Source: a candidate division WWE3 bacterium
GTDB taxonomy: Bacteria; Patescibacteriota; WWE3; UBA101185; UBA10185
DNA length: 64,000 nucleotides
Assembly: GCA_052035175.1 (NCBI GenBank)
Contig: JBPOHV010000001.1
Span: forward strand, 703,771-767,770
Direction: 5' to 3'
Below the pieces are notes generated by a model. That model saw nothing but the letters and a program-made list of their open reading frames with translations, had not been told where the DNA came from and searched no databases. A program made the translations under genes and the position numbers. Below, one piece after another: positions 29,807 through 39,057 of this stretch. The stretch's first letter is position 1. Every line of letters begins with the position of its first letter.

Positions 29807-30736
29807 ATGAATATTGCTTTTTTTAGTACATCAGATAAATCTATTCCAGTCTTAGAAACTCTTTATAAAAATTTCAAAGTTGTAATGTGTGTAACAAAGC
29901 CAGACGTGGCAGTTGGGAGAAAAAGAGTACTCAGAGAAAATGCTACAAAGACTTTTTGTAAAAGAAATAATATCCCCTATCTCGAAGTAGAAAACCTGAA
30001 AAATGAATCAGCCACTGGTGTATTGAATGCTTTGGATAAGTATAATGTACAAATTGGCATTGTGGCTGATTTTGCCTTTATTATTCCAGAAAGTGTTTTT
30101 AAGAAACCACAATTTGGGCTAATTAATATTCATTTTTCAAAATTACCTCAATACCGTGGAGCTTCTCCTGTGCAATTTACTGTAAAAGACAGATGCCAAT
30201 CTGCTGGGATAACACTCCACTTGATAGATAAAGGCATGGATACAGGCGATATAGTGTATCAAACCCAAATAAAACTAGAAGGTAATGAGAACTCTGAGAC
30301 TTTATATAACACACTCTTTGAACATACGGCTACATGGATTACTCAAATCTTAAATAATTACACTAGCGGAATATTAAAACCTATCAAGCAAGTCGACGAG
30401 GAAGCTACATATACGAGATCTTTGAGCAATCCAAAAGTTACATTTATTCAAAAAGAAGACGCCGAAATTAATTGGACAAATGATATCCAAAGTATAGAAG
30501 CCTGCATAAGAGCCTATTATCCATGGCCTATCGCCTGGACATACCTAAAAAACATCGAACACAACGATAAACTTATGTACGACTTAAGCCTAAAATTAGA
30601 GATTAATAAAGATATAAAAATTAAAATTTATACAGCCAAAATTGTTGAAAATAAAATATTACCAATAGAAATACAACTCGAAAACAAAAATAAAATGACG
30701 TGGAATGACTTCTTAAATGGCTATACTGCAAACTAA
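29807..30736 (+). CDS. fmt: Methionyl-tRNA formyltransferase
   Basis: Formyltransferase N-domain (INIHFSKLPQYRGASP) and C-terminal domain. Confidence 0.85.
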   Translation: MNIAFFSTSDKSIPVLETLYKNFKVVMCVTKPDVAVGRKRVLRENATKTFCKRNNIPYLEVENLKNESATGVLNALDKYNVQIGIVADFAFIIPESVFKKPQFGLINIHFSKLPQYRGASPVQFTVKDRCQSAGITLHLIDKGMDTGDIVYQTQIKLEGNENSETLYNTLFEHTATWITQILNNYTSGILKPIKQVDEEATYTRSLSNPKVTFIQKEDAEINWTNDIQSIEACIRAYYPWPIAWTYLKNIEHNDKLMYDLSLKLEINKDIKIKIYTAKIVENKILPIEIQLENKNKMTWNDFLNGYTAN

Positions 30737-30746
30737 AAGCTGCTTG

Positions 30747-30995
30747 TTAGGCTGTTACTTTAACTTTTTCTGCAGTTAAAGCTTTTTCTAATTTCGCTGT
30801 TTCAAATTTGATGCGTTTGATGCAAGAGCTGCAAATAGTATATCTTTTGGCTGTACCATCGATAACAATACGCTTACTAAACAAATTTGGTAATTTGCGA
30901 ACTGTAGTACGGCGAGTTACACGCTTACCAATACCACGGGGCACTAAATTGCCTTTTTGATAGCCTTTATTACAAATTTCACAAACCTTTGACAT
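30747..30995 (-). CDS. rpmB: 50S ribosomal protein L28
   Basis: MSKVCEICNKG...RKLPNL matches the L28 family. Confidence 0.75.
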   Translation of the reverse strand: MSKVCEICNKGYQKGNLVPRGIGKRVTRRTTVRKLPNLFSKRIVIDGTAKRYTICSSCIKRIKFETAKLEKALTAEKVKVTA

Positions 30996-31101
30996 AGCGA
31001 AGTTGATTTAACCACGATAATCTATTTTTTTCAATACTGTACAATAGAGATGCTTATGCTAGAATTTTGAAGCCTGCTTAGCATAAGACACTAACTTATG
31101 T

Positions 31102-31178
31102 GCCTGAGTAGCTCAGATGGTTAGAGCGGCGGTTTTGTAAACCGCAGGTAGTGGGTTCGATCCCCACCTCAGGCTCCA
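31102..31178 (+). tRNA. tRNA-Thr (anticodon TGT)
   Basis: Cloverleaf folded by eye: 7-bp acceptor stem GCCTGAG/CTCAGGC, anticodon stem GCGGT/ACCGC with loop TTTGTAA, T-loop GGTTCGATCC and a CCA end. Confidence 0.85.
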
Positions 31179-31188
31179 GAAAACACGT

Positions 31189-31274
31189 GCCGGGTTACCG
31201 AAGCGGTCAAACGGGACTGACTGTAAATCAGTTGGCTTATGCCTACGGGGGTCCAAATCCCTCACCCGGCACCA
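31189..31274 (+). tRNA. tRNA-Tyr (anticodon GTA), long variable arm
   Basis: Acceptor GCCGGGT/ACCCGGC, anticodon stem ACTGA/TCAGT with loop CTGTAAA, and a CCA end. Confidence 0.85.
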
Positions 31275-31301
31275 TTAATAAAAAATTTACATGTATCTTC
31301 A

Positions 31302-31376
31302 GCCTGGGTAGTTCAGTGGTAGAACGCTTCCATGGTAAGGAAGAAGTCGCGAGTCCGATTCTCGCCCCAGGCTCCA
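31302..31376 (+). tRNA. tRNA-Thr (anticodon GGT)
   Basis: Acceptor GCCTGGG/CCCAGGC, anticodon stem CTTCC/GGAAG with loop ATGGTAA, T-loop GAGTCCGATTCTCGC and a CCA end. Confidence 0.8.
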
Positions 31377-31623
31377 GTAAAACCATACCATGGGGCTAGG
31401 CCCGGCTTAACCCTTTTTAAAAATATACAGCTTCACCATAAGTTAATTTCACAACTACACAAATAAAGTATTAGGGATTGGTATTAAAGTGATTAAATGC
31501 GTTCGAGTAAAAGAATAGAACGAAGGCTTAGCCCGGCTAGGCCCTTAATAGAACCGCACCGGCGAGGAAGAAAAAGGAAGGCATGGCCTAAGGCCTTTCT
31601 CCCTCACCGGGCACACGGCAACT

Positions 31624-32106
31624 TTAAGGAGTTGCCAGTTTAAAGTAATATATCGGGTATGTTATCTCCCCCCCGGAGACGCCAGTACCTGTTAACGTGA
31701 GGATAGGTACCTCACGATAAATTTTCTCTAATGGCCCGGAGAAAGGGCCATCAGTGTAGTACGGTACTGTAAGGCTTGGAAAATCGTACCAAAGACGACC
31801 TTCCACATTACGCGGGGCATAAGCTGTCAGGACGACCCGATCGTCCAACAAGCCCCGCTTACCACCAGCAGTAACATGGAGACGTAAATTCTCCACGAAA
31901 CCGTTTTCGAATTTTAAGACGAGAGTGAATTCACTCCCATCAAAAAATTCGGCAGTACCATCCTGCTTAAATTCAGCGCTCGTAATAGATATGAGCGCGC
32001 TGTCTTCAGGACCAGTTGGTCCTGAGGGCGTTGGCGAGGAACAACTTACCAACCAACAAAAAACCCCTAATAATAATAGGGGCATCAACCATTTTGCGCG
32101 TTTCAT
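31624..32106 (-). CDS. Lipoprotein, codon-atypical and GC-rich (lipobox LVSC)
   Basis: MKRAKWLMPLLLLGVFCWLVSC|SS signal and lipobox. Arg is encoded by CGC/CGG/CGT, unlike the AGA used in neighbouring genes. Confidence 0.5.
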   Translation of the reverse strand: MKRAKWLMPLLLLGVFCWLVSCSSPTPSGPTGPEDSALISITSAEFKQDGTAEFFDGSEFTLVLKFENGFVENLRLHVTAGGKRGLLDDRVVLTAYAPRNVEGRLWYDFPSLTVPYYTDGPFSGPLEKIYREVPILTLTGTGVSGGEITYPIYYFKLATP

Positions 32107-32276
32107 CGCGACCTCCAATGAAAAAAAGATTCTACTCTATCTCCAGCAGCTTGGTTGATAGAATTAGTATCAGATATACTACCCTATAGTTGTGTTTTTG
32201 GCAAATTAAAACTAGACCTGGTCTGACCAGGTCCTATATGTTAATCCCCCACTTTATGTGTATAATCATGTAGCCT

Positions 32277-32350
32277 AGGGGCGTCGTATAGTGGTAGTAC
32301 AGCGGTCTCCAAAACCGCTTGCGGGGGTTCAATTCCCTCCGCCCCTGCCA
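32277..32350 (+). tRNA. tRNA-Trp (anticodon CCA)
   Basis: Acceptor AGGGGCG/CGCCCCT, anticodon stem GCGGT/ACCGC with loop CTCCAAA, T-loop GGTTCAATTCC and a CCA end. Confidence 0.85.
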
Positions 32351-32356
32351 ATAATA

Positions 32357-32623
32357 TCAATCTACTAGCGTGTCATACGGAGAGCATTGATAAGGCATAC
32401 CATAGCATTTTGCTTGTAATAGTATTTTTTCTTTATACCCTTTACCCATGTCTTCATAGCCTACTAAGGGAGTTCTATATCCCATACACTTACAAATCCT
32501 GCCACTACTACTAAATAACCAACCTCCATCAGGAAATGAAACAACAGATTTCGGATAAAAAAATAAAGTCAAAAGAATAAGTAACACAATGAATACTATC
32601 CAAGTTTGTATTTTATTAAACAT
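32357..32623 (-). CDS. Small membrane-anchored hypothetical protein (88 aa)
   Basis: ORF with an N-terminal TM helix and a Cys-rich tail. Confidence 0.3.
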   Translation of the reverse strand: MFNKIQTWIVFIVLLILLTLFFYPKSVVSFPDGGWLFSSSGRICKCMGYRTPLVGYEDMGKGYKEKILLQAKCYGMPYQCSPYDTLVD

Positions 32624-32886
32624 ACAGATTTATTATAGAAATTTATCATACGATTAGCCAGTACATTCCAATTATAATCACATAATATACACAGCACACT
32701 ATCAAGTAGCTCAGGTGGTCTGCCAGCGCCCGGACAACCGTAGTGCCAGTTATCACTCGGTGGATATAAAAGTGAAGTTGGAAATAAGGCTGTATTTAAA
32801 CTAGTAGAAGATCAGCGCTGTACTAAGCTGAAACGTGCACACATGAATTAAGGGGAATATTGTATAAGATAACAAGTTATTATTAA

Positions 32887-33189
32887 TTATTCAGAGAAAG
32901 AAGGCGTACAATCGGTGCTTAGGCTTTCTATAAGATCCCAAACACTATCTTTGGAAGGTTGCTGGACCATATAAGTTTCTCCAGACTTAGCTCGCAAAAC
33001 TAGCACTTTACTTGTCTCAGAAGAAGTTAATGATTTCACTTTACAAGATAAAATCATGTCTTCTGCGACTGTCCACTCGATATAACTGTGCTTCTTAGAC
33101 TTTTGCAATACAAAATTATATAAAAACAAAGTCAGTACAAAAAGGATGCCTAGCAATATATATGATTTTTTACTTAATGCTAACTTCAT
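32887..33189 (-). CDS. Small membrane-anchored hypothetical protein (100 aa)
   Basis: ORF with an N-terminal TM helix. Confidence 0.3.
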   Translation of the reverse strand: MKLALSKKSYILLGILFVLTLFLYNFVLQKSKKHSYIEWTVAEDMILSCKVKSLTSSETSKVLVLRAKSGETYMVQQPSKDSVWDLIESLSTDCTPSFSE

Positions 33190-33207
33190 TTTATTTCTAG
33201 TAATATT

Positions 33208-35655
33208 CTATGCCAATTGTCTTCTAAAAATCCACTTAGAAATTTCTATCAATATTAATGTTAACACCGATGCACCAAAAATATATATCCAATATACACT
33301 TGGCCAAACTATTTGGAAAAACTGCCTAGTTTCTACAAACAAAAATGGAAACACTTGTAATATTAAACCCGCAAGAACAGCGATTTGCAAATATTTATTG
33401 TCAAAAAGACGTTTACCTATAATAGAATTCTTGAGATGCCTTATAGAATAAACATATAACAATGAATTAACACCCATTGTGGCAAATGCAACTGATCTTG
33501 CAAGTATGAGATTGCCGGTATCATTATAAACGATCGCAAACAGTATGAATGCAAAAAAACCTGAGGCCAAAGAAACTATACCCATCAAGTATTTCATCCA
33601 AGGGGCTATCAACTGTGACGAAGTATCGCGCGGCGGGTCTTGCATTATATCTTTTGACTTTGTATCTATTGTTAGAGCAAGGCTAGGAAACCCATCGGAA
33701 ACTAAATTGATCCACAGTAATTGCGACGCAGTTGCCGGCGAAGGGAAACCAGTTATCAAAGCCAATAATATAGTACTTATTTCTTGAAAAGCGCCACTCA
33801 TTAAATAAAGAATAACTTTACGTATATTTTCGAATATACCCCTACCCTCTTCAACAGCATCAACAACCGTTGTAAAGCTAGAATTCAATAAGATTAAGTC
33901 TGCAGTTTCTTTTGCTACATCAGTAGCCTCATTTACAACGACACCAATATCAGATCTGGCTAATGCAGGTGCATCATTTACACCATCACCCAACATTGCT
34001 ACTACCTCGCCGTTTGCCTTTAGTGCATTAATTATTTGTAATTTTTGCGCAGGAGAAGTACGAGCAAATAATTTAACATCTGTTGTTGACTTCAAAAGCT
34101 TTTCTAAATGCTTTTGCGTCATATTGGTCAAATCAGTTCCCAAATATATCTGAGAAACATTTATATCTAGTTGTGCCAAAACCGCTTTGGCGGTATCAGC
34201 ATAGTCCCCAGTTATAATGACAAGTTTTATACCAGCTAACATTGCACGCTTTAAAGATTGTGAAACATCTGGCCTCACAGGGTCTGAAAATGCCAAGAAA
34301 CCTACCCATGTGTAATCTACACCCAAGTTATCTGCATCAATAGATGTAATAGCTTTATTCACTGGCTTTTGGATATAACCTATCAACCGCATTCCTTTTT
34401 GAGATAACTCTTTTATTTGTAATCGGATTTTGGACTTTTCAGAAGAAGAAAGGGCCGTCATTTCTAAAACTACTTCTGGCGCGCCGTTTATAAATAAAAT
34501 ATTGTTGTGTGTATGCTTTGCAAGCACAGCAAAATACTTGGTCTCAGATGAAAATGGAATACTATCGAGACGGGCATATTTTGCAAAAAGCTCTTTACCA
34601 TCCAAGACCAAGGTCTTCGACCAATTACTTGCTGCAATCTCTAACGGATCTGCCATATCGTTTGCTATGGTTACTTGGAAGGCTAACTTATCTATATCGC
34701 CTTGAGTTTCTTGTACAGCCATTTTTCCATATGTAAGTGTTCCAGTTTTATCAGTACAAATCGTAGTAACGCCACCCAAAGTTTCTGCCGATGCCAAATT
34801 GCGCACCAAACCTTGCTTTAACAAAATCCTTTGCATACCCAAAGCTAAAACCGCAGTAAACGATACTAGCAAGCCTTCTGGTATAGCTGATACTGCCAAA
34901 GCTACAGATGTAATAAAAATTTCAACAGGATTATTTCCCAACAAAAGGCCAATAAAAAAAACTAGAACTGTAAGAACCAAAATAAAAACTGAAAGCTTTC
35001 TACTAAATAAATTGAGCTGTTTCGCAAGTGGAGTTGGCTCTTTACTTTCTTGTATAGAACTTGCAATCTTACCAATTTCGGTATTGCTACCAGTATGTTC
35101 GACCTGTAGCAGCCCTTGACCAGATATAATTACTGTTCCCATAAATACCTTATCAGACCGTATTCTCGACACAGCGTCTGATTCACCTGTTATAGCCGCT
35201 TCTGAAACAAATAACCGGTTTGCTTCCAACATGACACCATCAGCTGGTATTTTGTCTCCGGCGTTTAAAATCACTAAATCGCCAGGAACTAAGTGAGATG
35301 TATGTATTTTTTGTTCGCGCGCATCTCTTATCACAAGTGCGTAAGTTTGAACTAGTGACTTGAGTGCCGTAAGAGAATCATTTGCTTTCTTTTCTTGGAT
35401 AAAGCCCAAAATTGTATTTATGAATACTGAAAGTAATATGATCAGCGTGTCTGACCAATGGTTTAGAAACATAGTAATTATGGCGGCAAAAAGCAACACA
35501 TATACCAATGGATTTTTTAATTGTGAAATAAATAACAATAAGCTCGAAACTTGAGGCTTTTCAGGCAAAACATTTTTACCATGTTTCTTTAGCAAATCGT
35601 TGCTTTGAATTGTCGTCAAACCTGGGTACTGAATAATATAAAAAGACATATACAA
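33208..35655 (-). CDS. P2-type cation-transporting ATPase (Ca2+/Mg2+-type)
   Basis: DKTGTLT phosphorylation motif, TGDYADTA, GDGVNDAPAL, and 10 TM helices. Confidence 0.85.
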   Translation of the reverse strand: MYMSFYIIQYPGLTTIQSNDLLKKHGKNVLPEKPQVSSLLLFISQLKNPLVYVLLFAAIITMFLNHWSDTLIILLSVFINTILGFIQEKKANDSLTALKSLVQTYALVIRDAREQKIHTSHLVPGDLVILNAGDKIPADGVMLEANRLFVSEAAITGESDAVSRIRSDKVFMGTVIISGQGLLQVEHTGSNTEIGKIASSIQESKEPTPLAKQLNLFSRKLSVFILVLTVLVFFIGLLLGNNPVEIFITSVALAVSAIPEGLLVSFTAVLALGMQRILLKQGLVRNLASAETLGGVTTICTDKTGTLTYGKMAVQETQGDIDKLAFQVTIANDMADPLEIAASNWSKTLVLDGKELFAKYARLDSIPFSSETKYFAVLAKHTHNNILFINGAPEVVLEMTALSSSEKSKIRLQIKELSQKGMRLIGYIQKPVNKAITSIDADNLGVDYTWVGFLAFSDPVRPDVSQSLKRAMLAGIKLVIITGDYADTAKAVLAQLDINVSQIYLGTDLTNMTQKHLEKLLKSTTDVKLFARTSPAQKLQIINALKANGEVVAMLGDGVNDAPALARSDIGVVVNEATDVAKETADLILLNSSFTTVVDAVEEGRGIFENIRKVILYLMSGAFQEISTILLALITGFPSPATASQLLWINLVSDGFPSLALTIDTKSKDIMQDPPRDTSSQLIAPWMKYLMGIVSLASGFFAFILFAIVYNDTGNLILARSVAFATMGVNSLLYVYSIRHLKNSIIGKRLFDNKYLQIAVLAGLILQVFPFLFVETRQFFQIVWPSVYWIYIFGASVLTLILIEISKWIFRRQLA

Positions 35656-35681
35656 AAAGTATATCAGTAACTAGTTGTGCT

Positions 35682-35733
35682 TGGTGCACCGGATTGAAAG
35701 TGTGCCTCATGGCAAGTTATCAACCCAGTGCAC
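35682..35733. repeat. 52-nt GC-rich hairpin element, copy 1 (GGTGCACCGG...CCAGTGCACC)
   Basis: Near-identical to 36076-36127; an imperfect hairpin of about 22 bp. Confidence 0.6.
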
Positions 35734-35739
35734 CTGTGG

Positions 35740-35949
35740 TCATTTACGAGTTACTAATCTGTAAATGACCACTACTATAAGAAAAATGAACAGCAGCCCC
35801 GGGATGGGGCTTTCGGCGGCTTCAGCAGCCGCCATTTGCTCTGCGGATACCGAAGTACCCTGCAGAGCTGATTGATAGCATATCGGCCCTAAAAGGAGCG
35901 ATATGAGTAGAAGAAAAACAATTACCTGACTTTTAAATGTCCTAAGCAT
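35740..35949 (-). CDS. Small two-TM membrane protein (69 aa: MLRTFKSQVIV...IYRLVTRK), codon-atypical
   Basis: AAGGAGTG RBS before the ATG at 35949; TTGCAA-15-TATAAT promoter at 36023-36049. The longer ORF-track start at 36126 covers the hairpin and the promoter. Confidence 0.5.
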   Translation of the reverse strand: MLRTFKSQVIVFLLLISLLLGPICYQSALQGTSVSAEQMAAAEAAESPIPGLLFIFLIVVVIYRLVTRK

Positions 35950-36075
35950 AGGACACTCCTTTCCAAGATTCCAATCTATGATAGGAAATAGAACCTTGGG
36001 TAGTTTGTATGGATAAGTAGAAATTATACCTAAATAGACGTCTTTGCAAATTTTAAAATTGTATTTTTTGAGTGT

Positions 36076-36127
36076 ATTACCCGATGGTGCACCGGATTGA
36101 AAGTGTGCCTCACGGCAAGTTATCAAC
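36076..36127. repeat. 52-nt GC-rich hairpin element, copy 2
   Basis: Lies 15 nt after the stop of the 36142-36525 gene. Confidence 0.6.
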
Positions 36128-36141
36128 CCGGTGCACCGTAT

Positions 36142-36525
36142 TCATGGCTTGTAACGCCAAACCATGAATGCGAACACAAATATCGCCAGAGCCGTCATTA
36201 CGGCGATGGCCACGATGGTTTGGCCAGTGGTACCAGGGGTACCAGTGGTAATCTCAGCAGCGGTGAGTTCTGGACGCTGTTGAGCGGCCCCCCCACCCCC
36301 ACTAACCAGAGGCAAGAAAACTGCTTCTGCAGCACCAGCTGCAGAGGTTGCTTCTTGCTGAGGTGTTTGGCCTGAGAAGTAGCCAAACACCGTTGTGTGG
36401 CTCGGGCCTAACCAAAAAATGGCAGCCCCTACCACCGCGATAAGAAGCACTGCGGCGCCAATAAGTAGTTTGGTGACATCATACTTTGCTATGACGCCGT
36501 CGGCGCTAAGTTTCGTTTTCATCAT
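36142..36525 (-). CDS. Small two-TM membrane protein (127 aa) with an Ala/Gly/Thr/Pro-rich linker, GC-rich and codon-atypical
   Basis: AAAGGAGTGA RBS; N- and C-terminal TM helices; basic tail RYKP. Confidence 0.5.
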   Translation of the reverse strand: MMKTKLSADGVIAKYDVTKLLIGAAVLLIAVVGAAIFWLGPSHTTVFGYFSGQTPQQEATSAAGAAEAVFLPLVSGGGGAAQQRPELTAAEITTGTPGTTGQTIVAIAVMTALAIFVFAFMVWRYKP

Positions 36526-36682
36526 TCACTCCTTTTCCAATTCCAAAGTTACAACCACACGGCTGAATAACTTTGGAACATTAGTAAGATAGAAAATATA
36601 CCTAAATAAGATTTTTTGCAAACCTATAGTTGCTAGAAGTTCTCCTGGTGACTCATAAAGTCTCCTTGATATAATTCCACAC

Positions 36683-37387
36683 ATGAACAAAAGCTTAATT
36701 TACAAAACCACACTGGTAACTTTTATCACCATCGCATTAGTTGTTTTTTCATTAGTAATGAGAAACGACACTACAATAATAGAACACCGCATTACAAGAT
36801 CATTTGCAGACACAAGTTTTACTTTGCTATGTATAACATTAGCAATCGGACCACTTTCAAAATTACGCACATACTTCACAAAATTTATCCAGTTCCGCAG
36901 GCAATTTGGGATATCTACATTTGTAACAGCAGCATTTCATGGAATATCAGCGTCATATTTATTTGCAAACTTTAATTTATTGACAATGCTTGGCGTAGAA
37001 TATTCATCCCAGGCAAATACATTTATAAGAATCATGCCAAGTGGTTTTGGAATCGCAAATCTTATGGCTATAGTTGCATTTATAGTATTACTTGTACTCT
37101 GTCTAACATCCACCGACTTTGCAATTAATAAATTAGGTAGTGCAAGTTGGAAATGGTTGCACAGAATGGTATATGTGGCCTTCTATTTGACCTTCTTACA
37201 CGCTTTTTACTACATTTTTATGCATTACATGCCGTCAAGTGTTAAACAGGCTCAAGCAGATATAGAAGCTAACTGGTTTGGCACACTATTTTTGATATCA
37301 GGATTTGGAGTAATCTTGCTACAAATATTTGCGTTTATTAAAACTGTAAAGCTCATGCAAATGAATAAACCCACAATTAATCAATAG
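36683..37387 (+). CDS. Ferric-reductase-like transmembrane protein (MsrQ/YedZ-like heme-binding subunit)
   Basis: Six TM helices with conserved His positions. WKWLHRMVYVAF and FRRQFGISTFVTAAFHG resemble MsrQ WQTLHRLVY and RRLLGLWCFAWATLH. Confidence 0.45.
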   Translation: MNKSLIYKTTLVTFITIALVVFSLVMRNDTTIIEHRITRSFADTSFTLLCITLAIGPLSKLRTYFTKFIQFRRQFGISTFVTAAFHGISASYLFANFNLLTMLGVEYSSQANTFIRIMPSGFGIANLMAIVAFIVLLVLCLTSTDFAINKLGSASWKWLHRMVYVAFYLTFLHAFYYIFMHYMPSSVKQAQADIEANWFGTLFLISGFGVILLQIFAFIKTVKLMQMNKPTINQ

Positions 37388-37946
37388 CTGGTTTTTTGCA
37401 CAAAACCACATGAAATGTACCATTATCATCGGTGTAGTGTGACTTTTCTGGTATTACGACAGCTGTGTCTTCTAACACAATGTTAAACCCAGAATTTATT
37501 AAATATTCATGAGTATGTTCAGCTGTATGTACAGCAATATCGGTGCTTGTCGGAAAATAATTATCGCATAAAAATAAAATACCCCCAGGTCTAAGCTTAT
37601 TAAAAATTTGGCTAAGAATTGCTGCTCGCGACTCTTCATTACTAGCGAAAATATATGTATTTGCAAACCATACAGCATCTAACGAGTTGGCAGAAATTGG
37701 TAAAGATAGCATATCAGCAGCAATTTTATCTGCTGGATTTGATATAGACCTCTTCAATGTAGGTATTTTTATGTCTGCACTAATAACTTTATGCTTATGG
37801 TCATGAAAATACGCAGAATCGGCACCACTATTGGCTCCCAAATCAAGAATAAGTGAGTTTCTAGGCACCAATGATAAGAATTTATCACGATATTTTGACC
37901 AGCTAACTTCATTTTTTGGAGTTTCAAGTGGTATGACTTCTAACAT
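37377..37946 (-). CDS. Class I SAM-dependent methyltransferase
   Basis: Motif I LDLGANSGADS. Confidence 0.6.
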   Translation of the reverse strand: MLEVIPLETPKNEVSWSKYRDKFLSLVPRNSLILDLGANSGADSAYFHDHKHKVISADIKIPTLKRSISNPADKIAADMLSLPISANSLDAVWFANTYIFASNEESRAAILSQIFNKLRPGGILFLCDNYFPTSTDIAVHTAEHTHEYLINSGFNIVLEDTAVVIPEKSHYTDDNGTFHVVLCKKPAID

Positions 37947-38031
37947 GCGATTAATATATCAAATATAAATTTGCATTCCTACACAATGAGGGCCGCGACC
38001 TAATGACTGAGTCTACCCTTCCTCGCTAGCT

Positions 38032-38064
38032 CAAAATAAAAAAACCCCTCGTTTTCACTCGAGG
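38032..38064 (-). terminator. Rho-independent terminator (CCCCTCG-ttttcact-CGAGGGG), with a T7 run on the minus strand
   Basis: Perfect 7-bp GC stem flanked by A7 and TTTA, so it is bidirectional-capable. Confidence 0.7.
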
Positions 38065-38402
38065 GGTTTATGCGCCATAAATCATATATATATAATTACG
38101 CCCCGCGCTAGCGGGACAAAGCTACACAATCATGCTAAAAAATGATTGCAGTCCCAATGTGTCGAGCCGCTGAACCCAGTCCTCCCTAGGCAAGGTGGGC
38201 ATAATCTGTTAACCATCTCCTCAGAGACAGCTTTCAAATGCCCGGCATAGGAATAAATGCAGAGCGACTTTTGTCAACTTAAACGAACACACCAGGAAAA
38301 GAAACCTAACTCTAAAAACTTAATATAAAATTAAATTTCTTTCTATATTTAGGATAACAAATGTAATACACGAGTCAACGTAATATAAAAGATATCAGAT
38401 TG

Positions 38403-39014
38403 CTAGAAACCTAGCAGTGAAAGGGAAAATTGGATAGCTGGATTTAGTATATGACCTGTTGTGCCCGTCAGTACAAGAACTAAAAGAATCACAATTCCAT
38501 ACTTTTCTACTTCAAGCCACTGATAATACAAATCGCCTTTTAGAAAAGCAAAAACAACTTTATACCCATCTAGTGGGTGTATAGGAATAAGATTAAAAAA
38601 AGCTAAAACCAGGTTGTAATAGATTGTTACGTATAAAAAAGTACCTATACTCAAAGGTAAAATCGGGCCAAAGACACGAAAAATTATTGCAAGTACAATC
38701 GCCAATAAAATATTTGATAAAGGCCCAGCAAACGCTATAAGGGCTGTATCACGCTTGGGATCTTTCAAATAACTCGGATCAAATGAAACAGGCTTACCCC
38801 AACCAAATCCAGCAAATATTAACAAAAGCATACCCATAGGATCTATGTGAGCCACAGGATTTATTGTCAACCTACCTAAAAACCTGGGTGTAGGGTCACC
38901 TAATTTATCTGCAACAAATGCATGTGCAAACTCATGAACAGACAAACAAATAATTAATGACAAAGTAACCAACACAAAAAGTACAGGGTCTTTGTATAAA
39001 AGCTCAAAAAGCAT
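38403..39014 (-). CDS. Site-2 protease family (M50) membrane metalloprotease
   Basis: HEFAHAF HExxH motif and NLIPIHPLDG. Confidence 0.7.
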   Translation of the reverse strand: MLFELLYKDPVLFVLVTLSLIICLSVHEFAHAFVADKLGDPTPRFLGRLTINPVAHIDPMGMLLLIFAGFGWGKPVSFDPSYLKDPKRDTALIAFAGPLSNILLAIVLAIIFRVFGPILPLSIGTFLYVTIYYNLVLAFFNLIPIHPLDGYKVVFAFLKGDLYYQWLEVEKYGIVILLVLVLTGTTGHILNPAIQFSLSLLGF

Positions 39015-39057
39015 GAAAACATTTTAACACTGCTAGATAGTGTGGTAAAATCTCCAC

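Noticed and set aside
31151-31399. 82-aa plus-strand ORF
   Set aside because: It lies entirely over three tRNA genes (Thr-Tyr-Thr), so it is an artefact.
35950-36126. Long form of the small ORF (MITCREAHFQSGAP...)
   Set aside because: The extension overlaps the 52-nt hairpin element and the TATAAT promoter. A strong AAGGAG RBS precedes the internal ATG at 35949.
36097-36592. Plus-strand ORFs 36097-36375 and 36395-36592, and minus-strand 36198-36386
   Set aside because: They are alternate frames or antisense of the GC-rich small membrane protein gene 36142-36525, which has a proper RBS.
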